A stretch of 64,000 nucleotides of DNA, taken from a virus. Taxonomy: Duplodnaviria > Caudoviricetes. Positions 25,099 through 35,186 of the stretch are shown here, in pieces. The stretch is from positions 29-64,028 of IMG/VR virus record IMGVR_UViG_2880987659_000002; one strand, given 5' to 3'. Both the position numbers and the translations under genes were made by a program. The notes below the pieces were generated by a model. That model was not told the origin of the DNA, searched no databases, and worked only from the letters and a program-made list of their open reading frames with translations. Numbering within the stretch: position 1 is the stretch's first letter; each line of letters begins with the position of its first letter.

Positions 25099-25107
25099 TC
25101 CGCCCTC

Positions 25108-25317
25108 CTACTGAGCGCGCGTGACGAGCACGCTCGGCTGATCGTCGTCCGCCGCGTGCGCCACATAATGAGTTTCAGGGGAGATCCCCGTCCGGGAGGG
25201 AACAATGAGGACGGACTGACCGATCCGCGCCTGCGCGTTGACCGCATCCAGCGTGCCGGCGGCGCCTGTCGCGACGATCTCGCCAGTAGACACGGTATAA
25301 AGAATGAAGTTGATCAT
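25108..25317 (-). CDS. Small tail-associated protein
   Basis: ATGA-coupled to the J-like gene; GGAG RBS for the next gene. Confidence 0.6.
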   Translation of the reverse strand: MINFILYTVSTGEIVATGAAGTLDAVNAQARIGQSVLIVPSRTGISPETHYVAHAADDDQPSVLVTRAQ

Positions 25318-28300
25318 CGTCTGTACTCCGTAACCATAGAGTAAACGTCCCGGAATCCGGCCGTGAACGTGCTTTCTTCGACTGTAAACGTAGATATTGT
25401 TGGGTCGCGGCGCAGCACGTTCAGCGCATCAATGCGATATTCATAGGTCCCAGCCGGAAGATTGTCCGTGTCGTGATGGATAATTTTAATATCCTGCTCA
25501 CCGACAAAATATTGCCATCCTGGGTTAGGGGTGGCGGAGTCTAAATATTGAATTGGCAGAAGGTACGTTGTCGCCCCGCTGTAGCTCGTGCCATTCGGGC
25601 CTGAACGAACAACGCGCACCTCGAGATAATAATAAATGCGCTTTGAAGTATTGATGTAATCTTTGAATTTCGGGAAGAATCGAGCTTCAAAGACTGCATA
25701 TGAGCCCGCTATGCGCGTTATCGAGACTGCACCGAACTGCCCTCCCGTGGCCGTGGGATAATAGGTAACCGCTGCGTTGGTGACAGCCTGCGGATAAATC
25801 CGATCCGTGGTCACGCCGCCGATAGTAAGAATGTTTGTGGTAACGCTCTGAGCGGCAAATTTGTTGGACGTAAACGATCCGTCCAAATACATATCTGCGC
25901 GAATGTAAACGTTCCCCGTGCTGCTTGTGTCGAATACAGCAAATGGGTTTCCGCTGGGGGACTCTATAAATAATTTATCGGCACTTATGGCAATGTAGCC
26001 AGTTCCATCTGATCGCGCGATAGCGCGTAATCCAGCGTTTACATTCTGAGCCTTGACATTCAACTGCCAACCCGCAGCGGCCCCACTCGGGTACGCGCCC
26101 GTTACCCAAGTTACATTGACCGACGCGTTAACGCCGTCGAGCGCACTCTCGACCGATTGAACTCGGGTAGCGAGGGCGTTGTCCCCACTCGCCCGAGCGT
26201 TTTGTTCGTCGTTGATGCGACTGTGCGCCTTGCTGAGGCCCGTGGCCGGATCATTCTGGGTGGCGGACACCGTGGAGATGCTCGCCGCGAGCACCTCGTC
26301 TGCGCCCACGCGCGCGAGCACCTCCTGTTGTACCAGCGCACGGGAGGCTGCCCCTTCAGCTTCGGCGAGAATGGTTACTCGGCTTTCGCCGGCCAGCCGC
26401 GACGCCTCAACAGCCGCCCCCAAAGTGGCCACATAGCCAGCAAGGAGATCGATGTCGCGAGACTGCTGCTCGCTCGTGCCGCGCAGTTGGTTGTTGATCA
26501 GATCCCGGTTGCCCTGGACCATGTCCATGCCGGGAACCAGCATTGCGTCGATCGTCGGTGCGTCCAGATCCACCACGCTATAGGCCCCCGGCAGGCCCGA
26601 GGCGCCCACGGCGGCGACGCGCAGGCTCAAGGCGCGGGGCTCCACCACCTGCGACAGTTTCGGCGCGAAGGGCTGAGCCAGGTGCGCCCAGGAGGTGCGT
26701 CCGTCATAGGAGATCTGCGCGATGTAATGGCGCGCGCCCGCCGCCGGCCACCAGTCGGCCGCGAGCACCGGCTCCAGGACGTTTTGCGAGAGAGTGGCCG
26801 TCAGGCCCGCGACCAGGGGCGTCTGCGGGTCGGAAAAGCTCGCCGCCGGCGGCACGTCGCCAGGGTCGCCGCTGTCGTCGTGCACGTCCTCGCGGTCCAC
26901 CACGAGGGCGAGCTTGGTGCGGCCCGTCCCGGCCGGGGCGCCACCCAGCACGATGCAGCGCTTTTGCCAGGCGGTGCCCAGCCCAAGCGCCCAGCTCGCG
27001 GGATCGGCGCCGGCCCGGCGCGCCAGCGCCTGATCCAGCGTCACGCCCTGCTGGCTCTGGACAAGGGCGAGGTCCGCGCCATCAAGCACGGCCTCCGCGT
27101 CCGAGCTGCCGCGCGTGACTTTGATCGGCCCGAAAGGCTTCGCGTTGGCCCGCCGGATCTGGATGTAGTGTTGCCCGCTCCCCCAGCTCGCCGCCGGCTC
27201 CAGCGTCAGCGTGGTGCCCGCGCGCGCCACCACCTCGCCCGAGGCGCCCCAGCTCTGCGGCACATGGCTCTGCAGCGTCACCACAGATCCTAGCGCCAAG
27301 AGCCGGCCCTCGCTCGCGATGGTCGCCGTTGGTTTGGCCCGGCGGATCGTGTGCTGGCGCCACAAAAAGGCGCACTCGCGCATGGCATGGGCGCGCTGTC
27401 CCACCCCTCGGATCTGCACGCGCACGGGGTTGCTGGCCACCACGTCCGGCGGACACTGCACCTCCTGGACCGACCACGTGGTCTCGTCCAGATACTCGAC
27501 AATGATCGCGTCCGCCGCGTCCTCGGCCTGGAGCAGATAATCGACGCTGAAGGAGTCGCGGATGATCTCGCCATCCGTGATCATCATGCTGGGAAGGGCC
27601 ACCCACTGGTCGCGCACCAGGCTCAGTTGATCGCCGATCCAGCGATGCTTGGCCCGGCAGGCGGCCAGCGCCGTGTCCAGCGCCTCGGTGGCCTGGACAC
27701 GCGTCCGAAACTCATAGTCGAAACAGTCGCCCCGGCTGGCTGCCGTAGCCGCCAGCGTCACCACCGCTTGGGCGTCCACCTTGTTGAGGGGCCGGCCGCA
27801 GCCATAGTCCGTGTTGGTGGCGATGTCGTAGGCCGCATAAGCGGGCGACCGCGTGGGCTGGTCGTCCCACCCGCTCCCGGTCCACACCGGCAGGATTCGC
27901 GTATCCTCCAGCCCCCAGCGCAGGGCCGCATTGGCCGTGAGCTGGGCCGTCGCCCGCATTCGGATGGCCGTGACCGTGAGGCCCGGAAATGTCTGCGTCC
28001 CCGGCGTATAGCCCCGCGCTGCCGCCCACTGGATGGTGTCCACGGCGCCGGGATAGGCGGCCGAGGCCACCACCCGCCGCGCTTGCACCTCATAGCGCCC
28101 CGCCGCCACGTCCACGCTGTAGGACATGCGGTAGGGCTCTTTGGTGGCGAGCCACTTGGCCTCGTCCACCACGGTCGTCCACACACCCGTGGGCGCGCCC
28201 GTCACGTCCACGGCGCGGATCTGCACCTGGTTGTGGGTCGCGAAATTCCCCGCCACGCCCTGGGCATTCGGGATGTAGCAGCCCTGCGGGAGCACGAAGT

Positions 28301-29192
28301 CGAACACCAGCCGGTTGACGCTCGTCCCGGCCGGGTTGGTGATGCCGCCATAGACCCACACGCCGGGATCATCCAGCGCCTGGCCGGAGACGCCCGGCGC
28401 CGTGGTCACGGACGCCGGGAAAAGCGTCAGCGTGTCGCCGGGCTCCAGGAGCTGAACTTGCACGTCGCTGAAGGTCGGCGAGACGTGGCCCCACTCGGCC
28501 CACTGGCTGGCGTCCCACAGCACCGCGTCGGCGATGGTGATCCGGTGGCGCTGGTAACGGCCGAGGCCGTGCACCAAGAGCACGTTTAGATATTCATCCT
28601 GCCCGACATATTCGGTCCAGGGTTGGGCCGCGAAGTCCGGCACCACCTTGGTGCGGCCATAGCGGACGGGAATCGTCTGCATCAGCCGCGCGGAATTGGT
28701 CTGCTGGCCGAACGCATAGAGCGGGGTCTGCGCCTGCTGGCCGGCATTCGCCGGGCGCGGCTGCACGAGCGTGTTGACCGCGAAGGCGCCGCCCGCCACC
28801 ACGGCGGCAGAAATCGCAGTCGAAACGCCCGCGACCGTTGACATCCCTATTGCCGCCGCCGCCCACGTCCCGATGCCCGGCGCCAGGGCAGACAGGGCAA
28901 TGAGCCCCACCAGGCCCACCACGCTCTTGGTGGTGGACGAGCTGCTGCTGCCGCTCCCGCCGCCGCCCAGCGGGCGGGATTGGAATTCCACCCTTTCCCC
29001 CTTGCGGATCCGCCGCCGCGCCCAGCCGCGCCGGGCGCGCAGCAGAGGCGCCCCGTCGATCACGCAGATGGTGGGCAGGCGGAAGCGCCAGCCCAGGCGC
29101 TTGAGGGCGCGGGCCACCGTCTCGCGGCGGCGCGGGGCGACGGTGGCCACCTCGTACCCGGGGAGGATGATGTGGGTGATGCTGGCCATCAT
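25314..29192 (-). CDS. Central tail tip / host-specificity protein (lambda I/J-like)
   Basis: IPVRYGR, TNTDYGCG..VD, FnIII-like segment, coiled coil, more AT-rich C-terminus. Confidence 0.88.
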   Translation of the reverse strand: MMASITHIILPGYEVATVAPRRRETVARALKRLGWRFRLPTICVIDGAPLLRARRGWARRRIRKGERVEFQSRPLGGGGSGSSSSSTTKSVVGLVGLIALSALAPGIGTWAAAAIGMSTVAGVSTAISAAVVAGGAFAVNTLVQPRPANAGQQAQTPLYAFGQQTNSARLMQTIPVRYGRTKVVPDFAAQPWTEYVGQDEYLNVLLVHGLGRYQRHRITIADAVLWDASQWAEWGHVSPTFSDVQVQLLEPGDTLTLFPASVTTAPGVSGQALDDPGVWVYGGITNPAGTSVNRLVFDFVLPQGCYIPNAQGVAGNFATHNQVQIRAVDVTGAPTGVWTTVVDEAKWLATKEPYRMSYSVDVAAGRYEVQARRVVASAAYPGAVDTIQWAAARGYTPGTQTFPGLTVTAIRMRATAQLTANAALRWGLEDTRILPVWTGSGWDDQPTRSPAYAAYDIATNTDYGCGRPLNKVDAQAVVTLAATAASRGDCFDYEFRTRVQATEALDTALAACRAKHRWIGDQLSLVRDQWVALPSMMITDGEIIRDSFSVDYLLQAEDAADAIIVEYLDETTWSVQEVQCPPDVVASNPVRVQIRGVGQRAHAMRECAFLWRQHTIRRAKPTATIASEGRLLALGSVVTLQSHVPQSWGASGEVVARAGTTLTLEPAASWGSGQHYIQIRRANAKPFGPIKVTRGSSDAEAVLDGADLALVQSQQGVTLDQALARRAGADPASWALGLGTAWQKRCIVLGGAPAGTGRTKLALVVDREDVHDDSGDPGDVPPAASFSDPQTPLVAGLTATLSQNVLEPVLAADWWPAAGARHYIAQISYDGRTSWAHLAQPFAPKLSQVVEPRALSLRVAAVGASGLPGAYSVVDLDAPTIDAMLVPGMDMVQGNRDLINNQLRGTSEQQSRDIDLLAGYVATLGAAVEASRLAGESRVTILAEAEGAASRALVQQEVLARVGADEVLAASISTVSATQNDPATGLSKAHSRINDEQNARASGDNALATRVQSVESALDGVNASVNVTWVTGAYPSGAAAGWQLNVKAQNVNAGLRAIARSDGTGYIAISADKLFIESPSGNPFAVFDTSSTGNVYIRADMYLDGSFTSNKFAAQSVTTNILTIGGVTTDRIYPQAVTNAAVTYYPTATGGQFGAVSITRIAGSYAVFEARFFPKFKDYINTSKRIYYYLEVRVVRSGPNGTSYSGATTYLLPIQYLDSATPNPGWQYFVGEQDIKIIHHDTDNLPAGTYEYRIDALNVLRRDPTISTFTVEESTFTAGFRDVYSMVTEYRR

Positions 29193-29614
29193 CGGGCCTC
29201 ATAAAATCGCTGGCGCGGCAGGCCGCTCGCCCGCAGCTCGGCCGGCGTCTGGAAGATCACGCCGACGCGATCATCCGAGTGGATCACGCCATGCTCGGCC
29301 GCCAGCCAGACGCCGATATGGTGCGGCCGGTCCACCCCGGCCATGAGCACCGCCGCCCCGTCCCGCGCCTGGATGATCCCGCCCTGAGCGAGCGGGCAAA
29401 AGCGCCAGGCGCTGCGCAGCGCCTGGCCGTCGAACTGGCTCTGGATCCAGCGCAGGTCCACCTCGGCCGGGATGGCGATGAACGGCACAGAGCGGCGCCA
29501 CAAGGCTCCTTGAAGGTGCCTGAAAAGGCCGTAACAGGACCACGCCTCCGGCCCCTCGCCCGTGAGGCTCCAGGGGCGGCCGATCAGGTCGGAGAGGATC
29601 TGTGTGCGCGTCAT
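29189..29614 (-). CDS. NlpC/P60 tail-associated protein (lambda K-like)
   Basis: IGRPW...WSCYGL (Cys) ... HHIGVW (His). Confidence 0.85.
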   Translation of the reverse strand: MTRTQILSDLIGRPWSLTGEGPEAWSCYGLFRHLQGALWRRSVPFIAIPAEVDLRWIQSQFDGQALRSAWRFCPLAQGGIIQARDGAAVLMAGVDRPHHIGVWLAAEHGVIHSDDRVGVIFQTPAELRASGLPRQRFYEAR

Positions 29615-30147
29615 GCCACCCGCAGCCCCGGAAACTGCGCCGGGCGATAGATCCGGCGCGGGAAGGAGAGATTGGCGAGGTCGGCCAGGCGCGCCTTGCC
29701 GGTCACGGTGCTGCCGCTGATCGTCACCTGGCGCACCACGAATTCGATCGGCCCATAGGACGGCTCGGCCGTCACGTCGCTGCGATACTCGCGATAGACC
29801 AGGAGCAGATCCGCCCGCACCTCAATGGCCGCGTTGAGGTAGGGCGTGAGCTGGTCGGCGACATTGTCGATGGTGACGGTGCACTCAGGCGTACGGCCCA
29901 CGGCCACCTCCGGCGCGGAGGCCGAGAAAGCGCACCGCCGGAAGGTCTGCATGGTCCCCGGATTAAAAAGCGCGCCGGGCTCGATCCCCAGCACCCGGTC
30001 CACCTCATCGAGCACCAGGCGCACCGCGATCTGCAAGCCCGCCTCGATAATAGCCGGGTGCTGCAGCTCCAGGGTGACATGCAGATCCACGTCCGCAGGC
30101 GCACTCGCCACCGCCTCGGCCCATGCGTCGGTGTACGGGTCGCTCAT
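29611..30147 (-). CDS. Tail tip protein, DUF1833 (lambda L-like)
   Basis: AWAEAVASAP..TLELQHP, CTVTIDNV, FPRRIY..FPGL. Confidence 0.8.
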   Translation of the reverse strand: MSDPYTDAWAEAVASAPADVDLHVTLELQHPAIIEAGLQIAVRLVLDEVDRVLGIEPGALFNPGTMQTFRRCAFSASAPEVAVGRTPECTVTIDNVADQLTPYLNAAIEVRADLLLVYREYRSDVTAEPSYGPIEFVVRQVTISGSTVTGKARLADLANLSFPRRIYRPAQFPGLRVA

Positions 30148-31892
30148 GCCACCGCTCCCACAGATTGGAGATAGGTCCGGAGCGCTGCATGGAAGGTGGC
30201 CACCTCCGCAGCCGTCAGCCCCCCGCCCATGCTGAACGCGGCAATCCGGTCGGTGCACCAGTAGCCCCGTGCGGCGCCGCCGTTATAGGTGAAGCACAGC
30301 AGGTCCACGGGCATCGAGGGGATCGCCACGCTGGTGGCGGCCGTATCCACCAGCAGGGCGCCGTTTCGGTAGGCGCTGCGCGTCGCCGAGGAGCGGCGGC
30401 TCCCGACGAAGAATCCCTCGGAGTTCGCGTTCGCGAATGTGGAGGACTGGTCGTTGACGGAGATGGCGGCGCGATCCGTCGAATAACGGTGCAACATGCC
30501 AACCTGAATGCCGGTCCCCGTAGAGGTCCCCGCCGGAACGATGTTGCCGGCCGCGCGGTCGGTCAGGTCCCAGACGCCCATATGGGCGTCGTTCCGGGTG
30601 TAGCGGACGCCGTGGACGGCCGGGTTGTAGCCGGTGGCGAGATAGGTATTCGTCGCGCCCGCATAGCCCCGATCCACGACAAAGGACGGGACGTTGACCG
30701 TGGTGAGGTTGTAGAGGTCCGCCATCCAGTTCAGCCGCGCCGCCTGGGCGTCATGGGCGGCAAGGATGTAGAGGACATCCAGCTTCGCCCAGATCCCCGC
30801 ACTGATCAGAGACTGAACCAGCGTGCCGATGGCGCTCACCCGCGCCGCGCTCGGCTGTATGGTCATACGCGCCAGCAGGGCTGAGATCGCGGCCGGCAGG
30901 GCGACCGTAATCCGCTGGGTGACTGACCACGGCCGCGGCGAGCCGGCAACGATGGCGCGAACCCTCACGTCATAATCACCGGTACTCACCGGCAGCTCTG
31001 CGGCCCACGATCCGGTGCCGTTGGTAACCACCGACACCGTTGTCGTGCCGACGACGACCTCCACTGTGGCGCCCGCCGGCGCCGTCCCCGTGAGTGTTGC
31101 CCCGGATATGCCTCCGATGACAGCCATGGGCGGCACCAAGCCCGCCGGATAGACGCGGATCTCCATGTTGACGGTGGTGTAGCCGTCGCCCGCCTGCGCA
31201 TACTTGATGGACCCGGCGACGATCTGGACGCGGCGGATCTCCACCCGGCCGCCGCCGAGCGCAACCGGCATCCAATAGCGCGCCGCGCCCTGGCCGATCT
31301 GGTCGAGGAAATCGACAAACGTCTCCATTTCGGCGGGCGAGAAATCCCCCGCCCAGCCCCAGGAGCCCACCCGGCTCATGGGCCGATGCGCCGAGCGCAC
31401 CGCGCCGTCCTCGATCTCGGTCTCGCGCCAGGTGGCCACCGGCGCGCCGCCCCAGGCCGGGCGCGACGGCAGGTAAGGCAGGCTCGCGGGCCACTCGGCC
31501 GAGGCGAGCACCGCGCCGGCGGCGCCGGCCGGATAGACGCGCAAGCGCATGCTCACTGTGGTGCGCCCGCCCGGCAATGCCGCATAGGCGAGCGAGCCGG
31601 CGACGATCTCCACCTCCCGCGTGTCGTAGGCGGATCCACGGATGGCGACGAGCATCGTAAAGCGCGCCGTCCCGTCCTCGATGTCGGCGAGAAAATCCTC
31701 CCACACGACGAGCTGGGCGGCCGAGAAGGTGTGCGCCCATGCATATTCGCCGCGCCGGGCGCCGGGCCGGCGCTCCTGGCGGACATTGCCGCGCTCCATC
31801 TCGGTCTCACGCGGCCCGCGCGTCGGGACGGCAGACCAGGCGCGCAGCTCGGAGCGATAAGGCAGGCCGGCGGGCCAGGCGGGCAGGCTCAT
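30144..31892 (-). CDS. Distal tail protein with tandemly duplicated core, Ig-like segment and lectin-like C-domain
   Basis: Follows the tape measure gene; WPAxLPY...RETExExGxVR...IVAGS...RVYPAG occurs twice; LTGTAPAGATVEV Ig-like segment. Confidence 0.7.
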   Translation of the reverse strand: MSLPAWPAGLPYRSELRAWSAVPTRGPRETEMERGNVRQERRPGARRGEYAWAHTFSAAQLVVWEDFLADIEDGTARFTMLVAIRGSAYDTREVEIVAGSLAYAALPGGRTTVSMRLRVYPAGAAGAVLASAEWPASLPYLPSRPAWGGAPVATWRETEIEDGAVRSAHRPMSRVGSWGWAGDFSPAEMETFVDFLDQIGQGAARYWMPVALGGGRVEIRRVQIVAGSIKYAQAGDGYTTVNMEIRVYPAGLVPPMAVIGGISGATLTGTAPAGATVEVVVGTTTVSVVTNGTGSWAAELPVSTGDYDVRVRAIVAGSPRPWSVTQRITVALPAAISALLARMTIQPSAARVSAIGTLVQSLISAGIWAKLDVLYILAAHDAQAARLNWMADLYNLTTVNVPSFVVDRGYAGATNTYLATGYNPAVHGVRYTRNDAHMGVWDLTDRAAGNIVPAGTSTGTGIQVGMLHRYSTDRAAISVNDQSSTFANANSEGFFVGSRRSSATRSAYRNGALLVDTAATSVAIPSMPVDLLCFTYNGGAARGYWCTDRIAAFSMGGGLTAAEVATFHAALRTYLQSVGAVA

Positions 31893-34819
31893 CAGTAGAG
31901 CCCTCCGGCGCTGGACACCCCGAAGCGTCCGCCCAGGCTCCGGGTGGCCGGTCCATCGGCAGCCGCGTCATCCATGATCGCGGCGATCGCCAGCTCTCTG
32001 ATCATCACGGGGAGCGTCAACGAGCCGTCCGGCCCAATGGTCGCGGGGCCGGTGGAGACTGCCGCGCCCGAGTGGCTGTTCTGAATGTTGACGTTCACCT
32101 GGGGGGCACCGCCCCTCTGCGCGCCACCGGCCCGCAGCTCGACAGGGATGCGTCGGCCATCGGGCAGCGGCACGATCGCCTCCGGCCCCGCCTCGCCGGC
32201 GATGCTTTTGCGCGTGGTGATGCCGCCCGCTGCAAAGGTCGGAACCGCCATCGGTCCCGCGCCGCCCGTCACCATGGTGAACGCCGAGCTGGAGCTGGAG
32301 CTGGAGCCGCCGCCGCCGAAGATCTTGCCGATGATCCCGCCGACGCCGCCAAGGTCGGCCGACGTCCCGTAATTGGTGCCGAACAGGCTATTTTTAAGGG
32401 GGTTGAGGACGGCCAGGCGCAGCATGGTGCTGGCCACGTCGCCCAGGATGCTCTGGACGGCCGAGCCCCAATCCTTCCAGGCGCTGCCATTGGTCACCAG
32501 GGAGTCGGACAGCGCGTCGAAGCTCTGTTCGCCCATGGAGCGAAACGTCTGGATCGCGTCCTGCTGGCGGGATAGCTGCGTTTGCTGGTCGGCCGTCTCG
32601 ACCGCCTGGGCGCGGATCCGCTCGGCCGCCGGGCTGCCCTTGCCGATCTGCTGGTCCCGGATCTGCTGCTCGGCCTGCAACAGCGCGATGGCGCGGGCGC
32701 GGGCGTCCTCGCTCTGGCCCAGGAGGGAGATCTCCAGCCGTAGCATCTCGGTCGTGTTGCGCTGGCTGGCCAGCAGGCTCCGGGCCGCCTCTCCGGACGC
32801 GGCCGAGGTCTCAAGCAGAGACTTGGTCCGCGCCTGGTTGGCGCGGATCTCGATCTCGGCCGAGGTGATTTCCTCGCCTGCCAGCGCCAGGCGCTCACGG
32901 CGGGCGATCAGGTCCGCCTTGGCGACGGGATCCCGCTCGCGGGAGATCTGATTGTCCAGGCGGTCGAGCTGGCTCTGTCGCTCCTGAGCCGTGGACAGGC
33001 CCTTGAGTGCGTTTTCCTTGGCCTCGATCGCCCGCGTGATGCTCTCGTTTTCCGCGACCGACAGGCCCGTGGCGCCCTGTCCCGCGCGCAGGGCCGCGAT
33101 CTGCGTCTCCAACTCGCGGCGGCGATTGTTGAGATCGTTGGCGGGCGAGCCCTGCGCGACATCGAGGGCGGCCGACCCGCGCTTGTCATCCAAGGCGGCG
33201 GTGGTCGCATTGGCCTGGACGCGGTTGCGCAGGCGGATCTGCTCCTGCAGGTCCGTGATCTCGGCGGTCAGCGCCTGGCGCTGGTTGGAGTTCTGGAGGC
33301 GCCCGGCGAGCATGGGCATGTTGCGCAGCTTCTCCTGAAGCTGCGCCAAGCGGCCTTCAAGGCTATCCGGCCCGCCACCGAACAGGCGGTCCACGGCCGA
33401 GCCCACCGAGCCCCACATATTGTCCCACATGCGCCCCGCCCATTCGGCCGCGCGGCCAATGGCGGTGGTGGCGGTGGCGGCGCCCTGCAGGCGCGGGGTG
33501 ACGGCGGACAGCAGGACGTTGCCCGCCTCGGTGACGCGGTTTTGCTCACTCAGACGCTTGACCAGGCGCTCCGTGGCCCCATCCAGCAGGCCCATCTGCC
33601 GGAGCTGCGCCGCCCCCTTGGCGGGATCCCCGAAAAAGTCGCCCATTTTGCCGCTGGCGCTCGCAACGTCCGTCTTGAGCACCGCCGCGAAATCCTTGGC
33701 GATGGCAGTCAGGCCAAGCAGTTGATCCGATCCGATCTTGCCGGAGCGCACGAGGCCCGTGGCGATCTCGCGCGCGGCATTGGTGGAGAGGTTCCCGGCC
33801 GCCGCAGCCTGCGCGGCCACGCGCTCGATGTCGGCCGCCGTGGTCCCGGTCGCGGTCCCGAACGCCTGGGCGGCGATCGACGCCTCCCGCGTCCGCCCGG
33901 TATAGTCGAGCCAGGCCAAAGCGCCGACGCCCAACGCGACCGTCATGCCCCCCAAGAGGGCACGCATGGGCGTGATCGCCTCGCGAACGATCTTTGCCGC
34001 ATTGCCAAAGCCGCCCACGGCCTCGACCAGTTGCGGCCCCTGCTGCACCGCGACCATGCCCGGCGACATGCCCATGGCAAGCGTCCCGAAGATATCGGGT
34101 GCCTGCCGGGCCACCCCGAACTTTTGATCGGGCCGGAGCTGCGACCAGGTGGACGATCCGCTTGTCTGCCGCGCCCGCAGCATGGTCGCTTGCGCGGCGA
34201 AGACCGTCTTGGTGCGCTCGATCTGGACGGCCGCCTCCTGGGCGGACAGAGCGCCCAGGCGCTGGGCGTCGCGGATCTCTGCGAGCTGCGTCTTGTACGC
34301 CTGCCCAGCGGCATAGAGCGGGCTGTATTTGGCCCGCAGATCGTCCAGCGCCTGGCCATAGGCGGCGATGTCCTCGGCCCGGCCGGCCGAGGCGAAGGTG
34401 TCACGGACGCCGAGGCGCGCATTGATGGCCGACGCGCTGTTGAGGCTGTTGGTGTTGGCGCCGCGCATGGTCTGTGCGGCGTCCCGCTCGGCGGCGGTGA
34501 GCTGGCGCAGGGCGGCGGTTGCCGCCTTGACGTTGCGCTCCTGGATCTGGTGGGCCTCGGCCGCGTCCTGCGTCGCCGAGACCGCGCGACCAGCCTCCGC
34601 GCGCGAGTCCTGGAGCGCGTCCACCAGATCGTCAACCGCCGCACCCGTTCGGCGTGCCGCCGCCGCGCCGTCATCAAGGACATCAACCAGGTGATCGACA
34701 GCCTGCGCGGCGCCCTGCGCGTCGTGCTCAAGCCCCTCAAACTCGGCACGCACCTCGCCGACGCCTTTCCGGGCGCCGGTCGTGTTGGCCGTGATCTCAA
34801 TGGCAAGCTTGAGGCTCAT
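31892..34819 (-). CDS. Tail tape measure protein
   Basis: 975 aa, Ala/Gln-rich helical; VAVQQGPQL; FAAGG..AGEAGPEAIVPL near the C-terminus. Confidence 0.93.
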   Translation of the reverse strand: MSLKLAIEITANTTGARKGVGEVRAEFEGLEHDAQGAAQAVDHLVDVLDDGAAAARRTGAAVDDLVDALQDSRAEAGRAVSATQDAAEAHQIQERNVKAATAALRQLTAAERDAAQTMRGANTNSLNSASAINARLGVRDTFASAGRAEDIAAYGQALDDLRAKYSPLYAAGQAYKTQLAEIRDAQRLGALSAQEAAVQIERTKTVFAAQATMLRARQTSGSSTWSQLRPDQKFGVARQAPDIFGTLAMGMSPGMVAVQQGPQLVEAVGGFGNAAKIVREAITPMRALLGGMTVALGVGALAWLDYTGRTREASIAAQAFGTATGTTAADIERVAAQAAAAGNLSTNAAREIATGLVRSGKIGSDQLLGLTAIAKDFAAVLKTDVASASGKMGDFFGDPAKGAAQLRQMGLLDGATERLVKRLSEQNRVTEAGNVLLSAVTPRLQGAATATTAIGRAAEWAGRMWDNMWGSVGSAVDRLFGGGPDSLEGRLAQLQEKLRNMPMLAGRLQNSNQRQALTAEITDLQEQIRLRNRVQANATTAALDDKRGSAALDVAQGSPANDLNNRRRELETQIAALRAGQGATGLSVAENESITRAIEAKENALKGLSTAQERQSQLDRLDNQISRERDPVAKADLIARRERLALAGEEITSAEIEIRANQARTKSLLETSAASGEAARSLLASQRNTTEMLRLEISLLGQSEDARARAIALLQAEQQIRDQQIGKGSPAAERIRAQAVETADQQTQLSRQQDAIQTFRSMGEQSFDALSDSLVTNGSAWKDWGSAVQSILGDVASTMLRLAVLNPLKNSLFGTNYGTSADLGGVGGIIGKIFGGGGSSSSSSSAFTMVTGGAGPMAVPTFAAGGITTRKSIAGEAGPEAIVPLPDGRRIPVELRAGGAQRGGAPQVNVNIQNSHSGAAVSTGPATIGPDGSLTLPVMIRELAIAAIMDDAAADGPATRSLGGRFGVSSAGGLY

Positions 34820-35121
34820 GTGTCACCAGCATTGAGGACGGCGAGCGCGGCGCCCTCCATCACCTGCAAATCGGCCCAGGAGACCGGGCCGATGCCGAGG
34901 CGGCGCTCCACCAGCTCGACGGCCTGGTAGTCCAGGCCGATCCACCCGATGCCGCCCATAGACCCGGCGGTGCGCCATTGGGTGCCGGCCGCGCAGAACA
35001 GCCGCAGGGCCGACCAGTTGGAGCGCCACACCTCCACCACAGGCCGGGCGGTCGGAGCGGCAGGGAGCTGATCTGTCGCCACCCCGAGGGCAGCGAATTG
35101 GCGGCGCAGGTCGTCATCCAA
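34816..35121 (-). CDS. Tail assembly chaperone T segment (DUF1799-like), probably made by -1 frameshift
   Basis: TQWR..GLDYQAV..LQVMEGAALAVLN; the frame is open back to the slippery site. Confidence 0.8.
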   Translation of the reverse strand: MDDDLRRQFAALGVATDQLPAAPTARPVVEVWRSNWSALRLFCAAGTQWRTAGSMGGIGWIGLDYQAVELVERRLGIGPVSWADLQVMEGAALAVLNAGDT

Positions 35122-35186
35122 CTCGACGGGGCGGCTCGTGTCTGCCCGGCCGGTGGTGGCGTAGGCCCAGGCCCGCGCCGCCTCTC

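Noticed and set aside
23504-29192. Diversity-generating retroelement acting on tail genes
   Set aside because: No reverse transcriptase (YxDD) ORF and no template/variable repeat pair were found in the window.
32284-32315. GAGCTG tandem repeat
   Set aside because: It simply encodes the GGGGSSSSSS linker of the tape measure protein.
32392-32408. Further copies of the bipartite AT motif (32392; also 59257)
   Set aside because: Spacing is off by one or the second half is weak, and both lie inside coding sequence; not counted.
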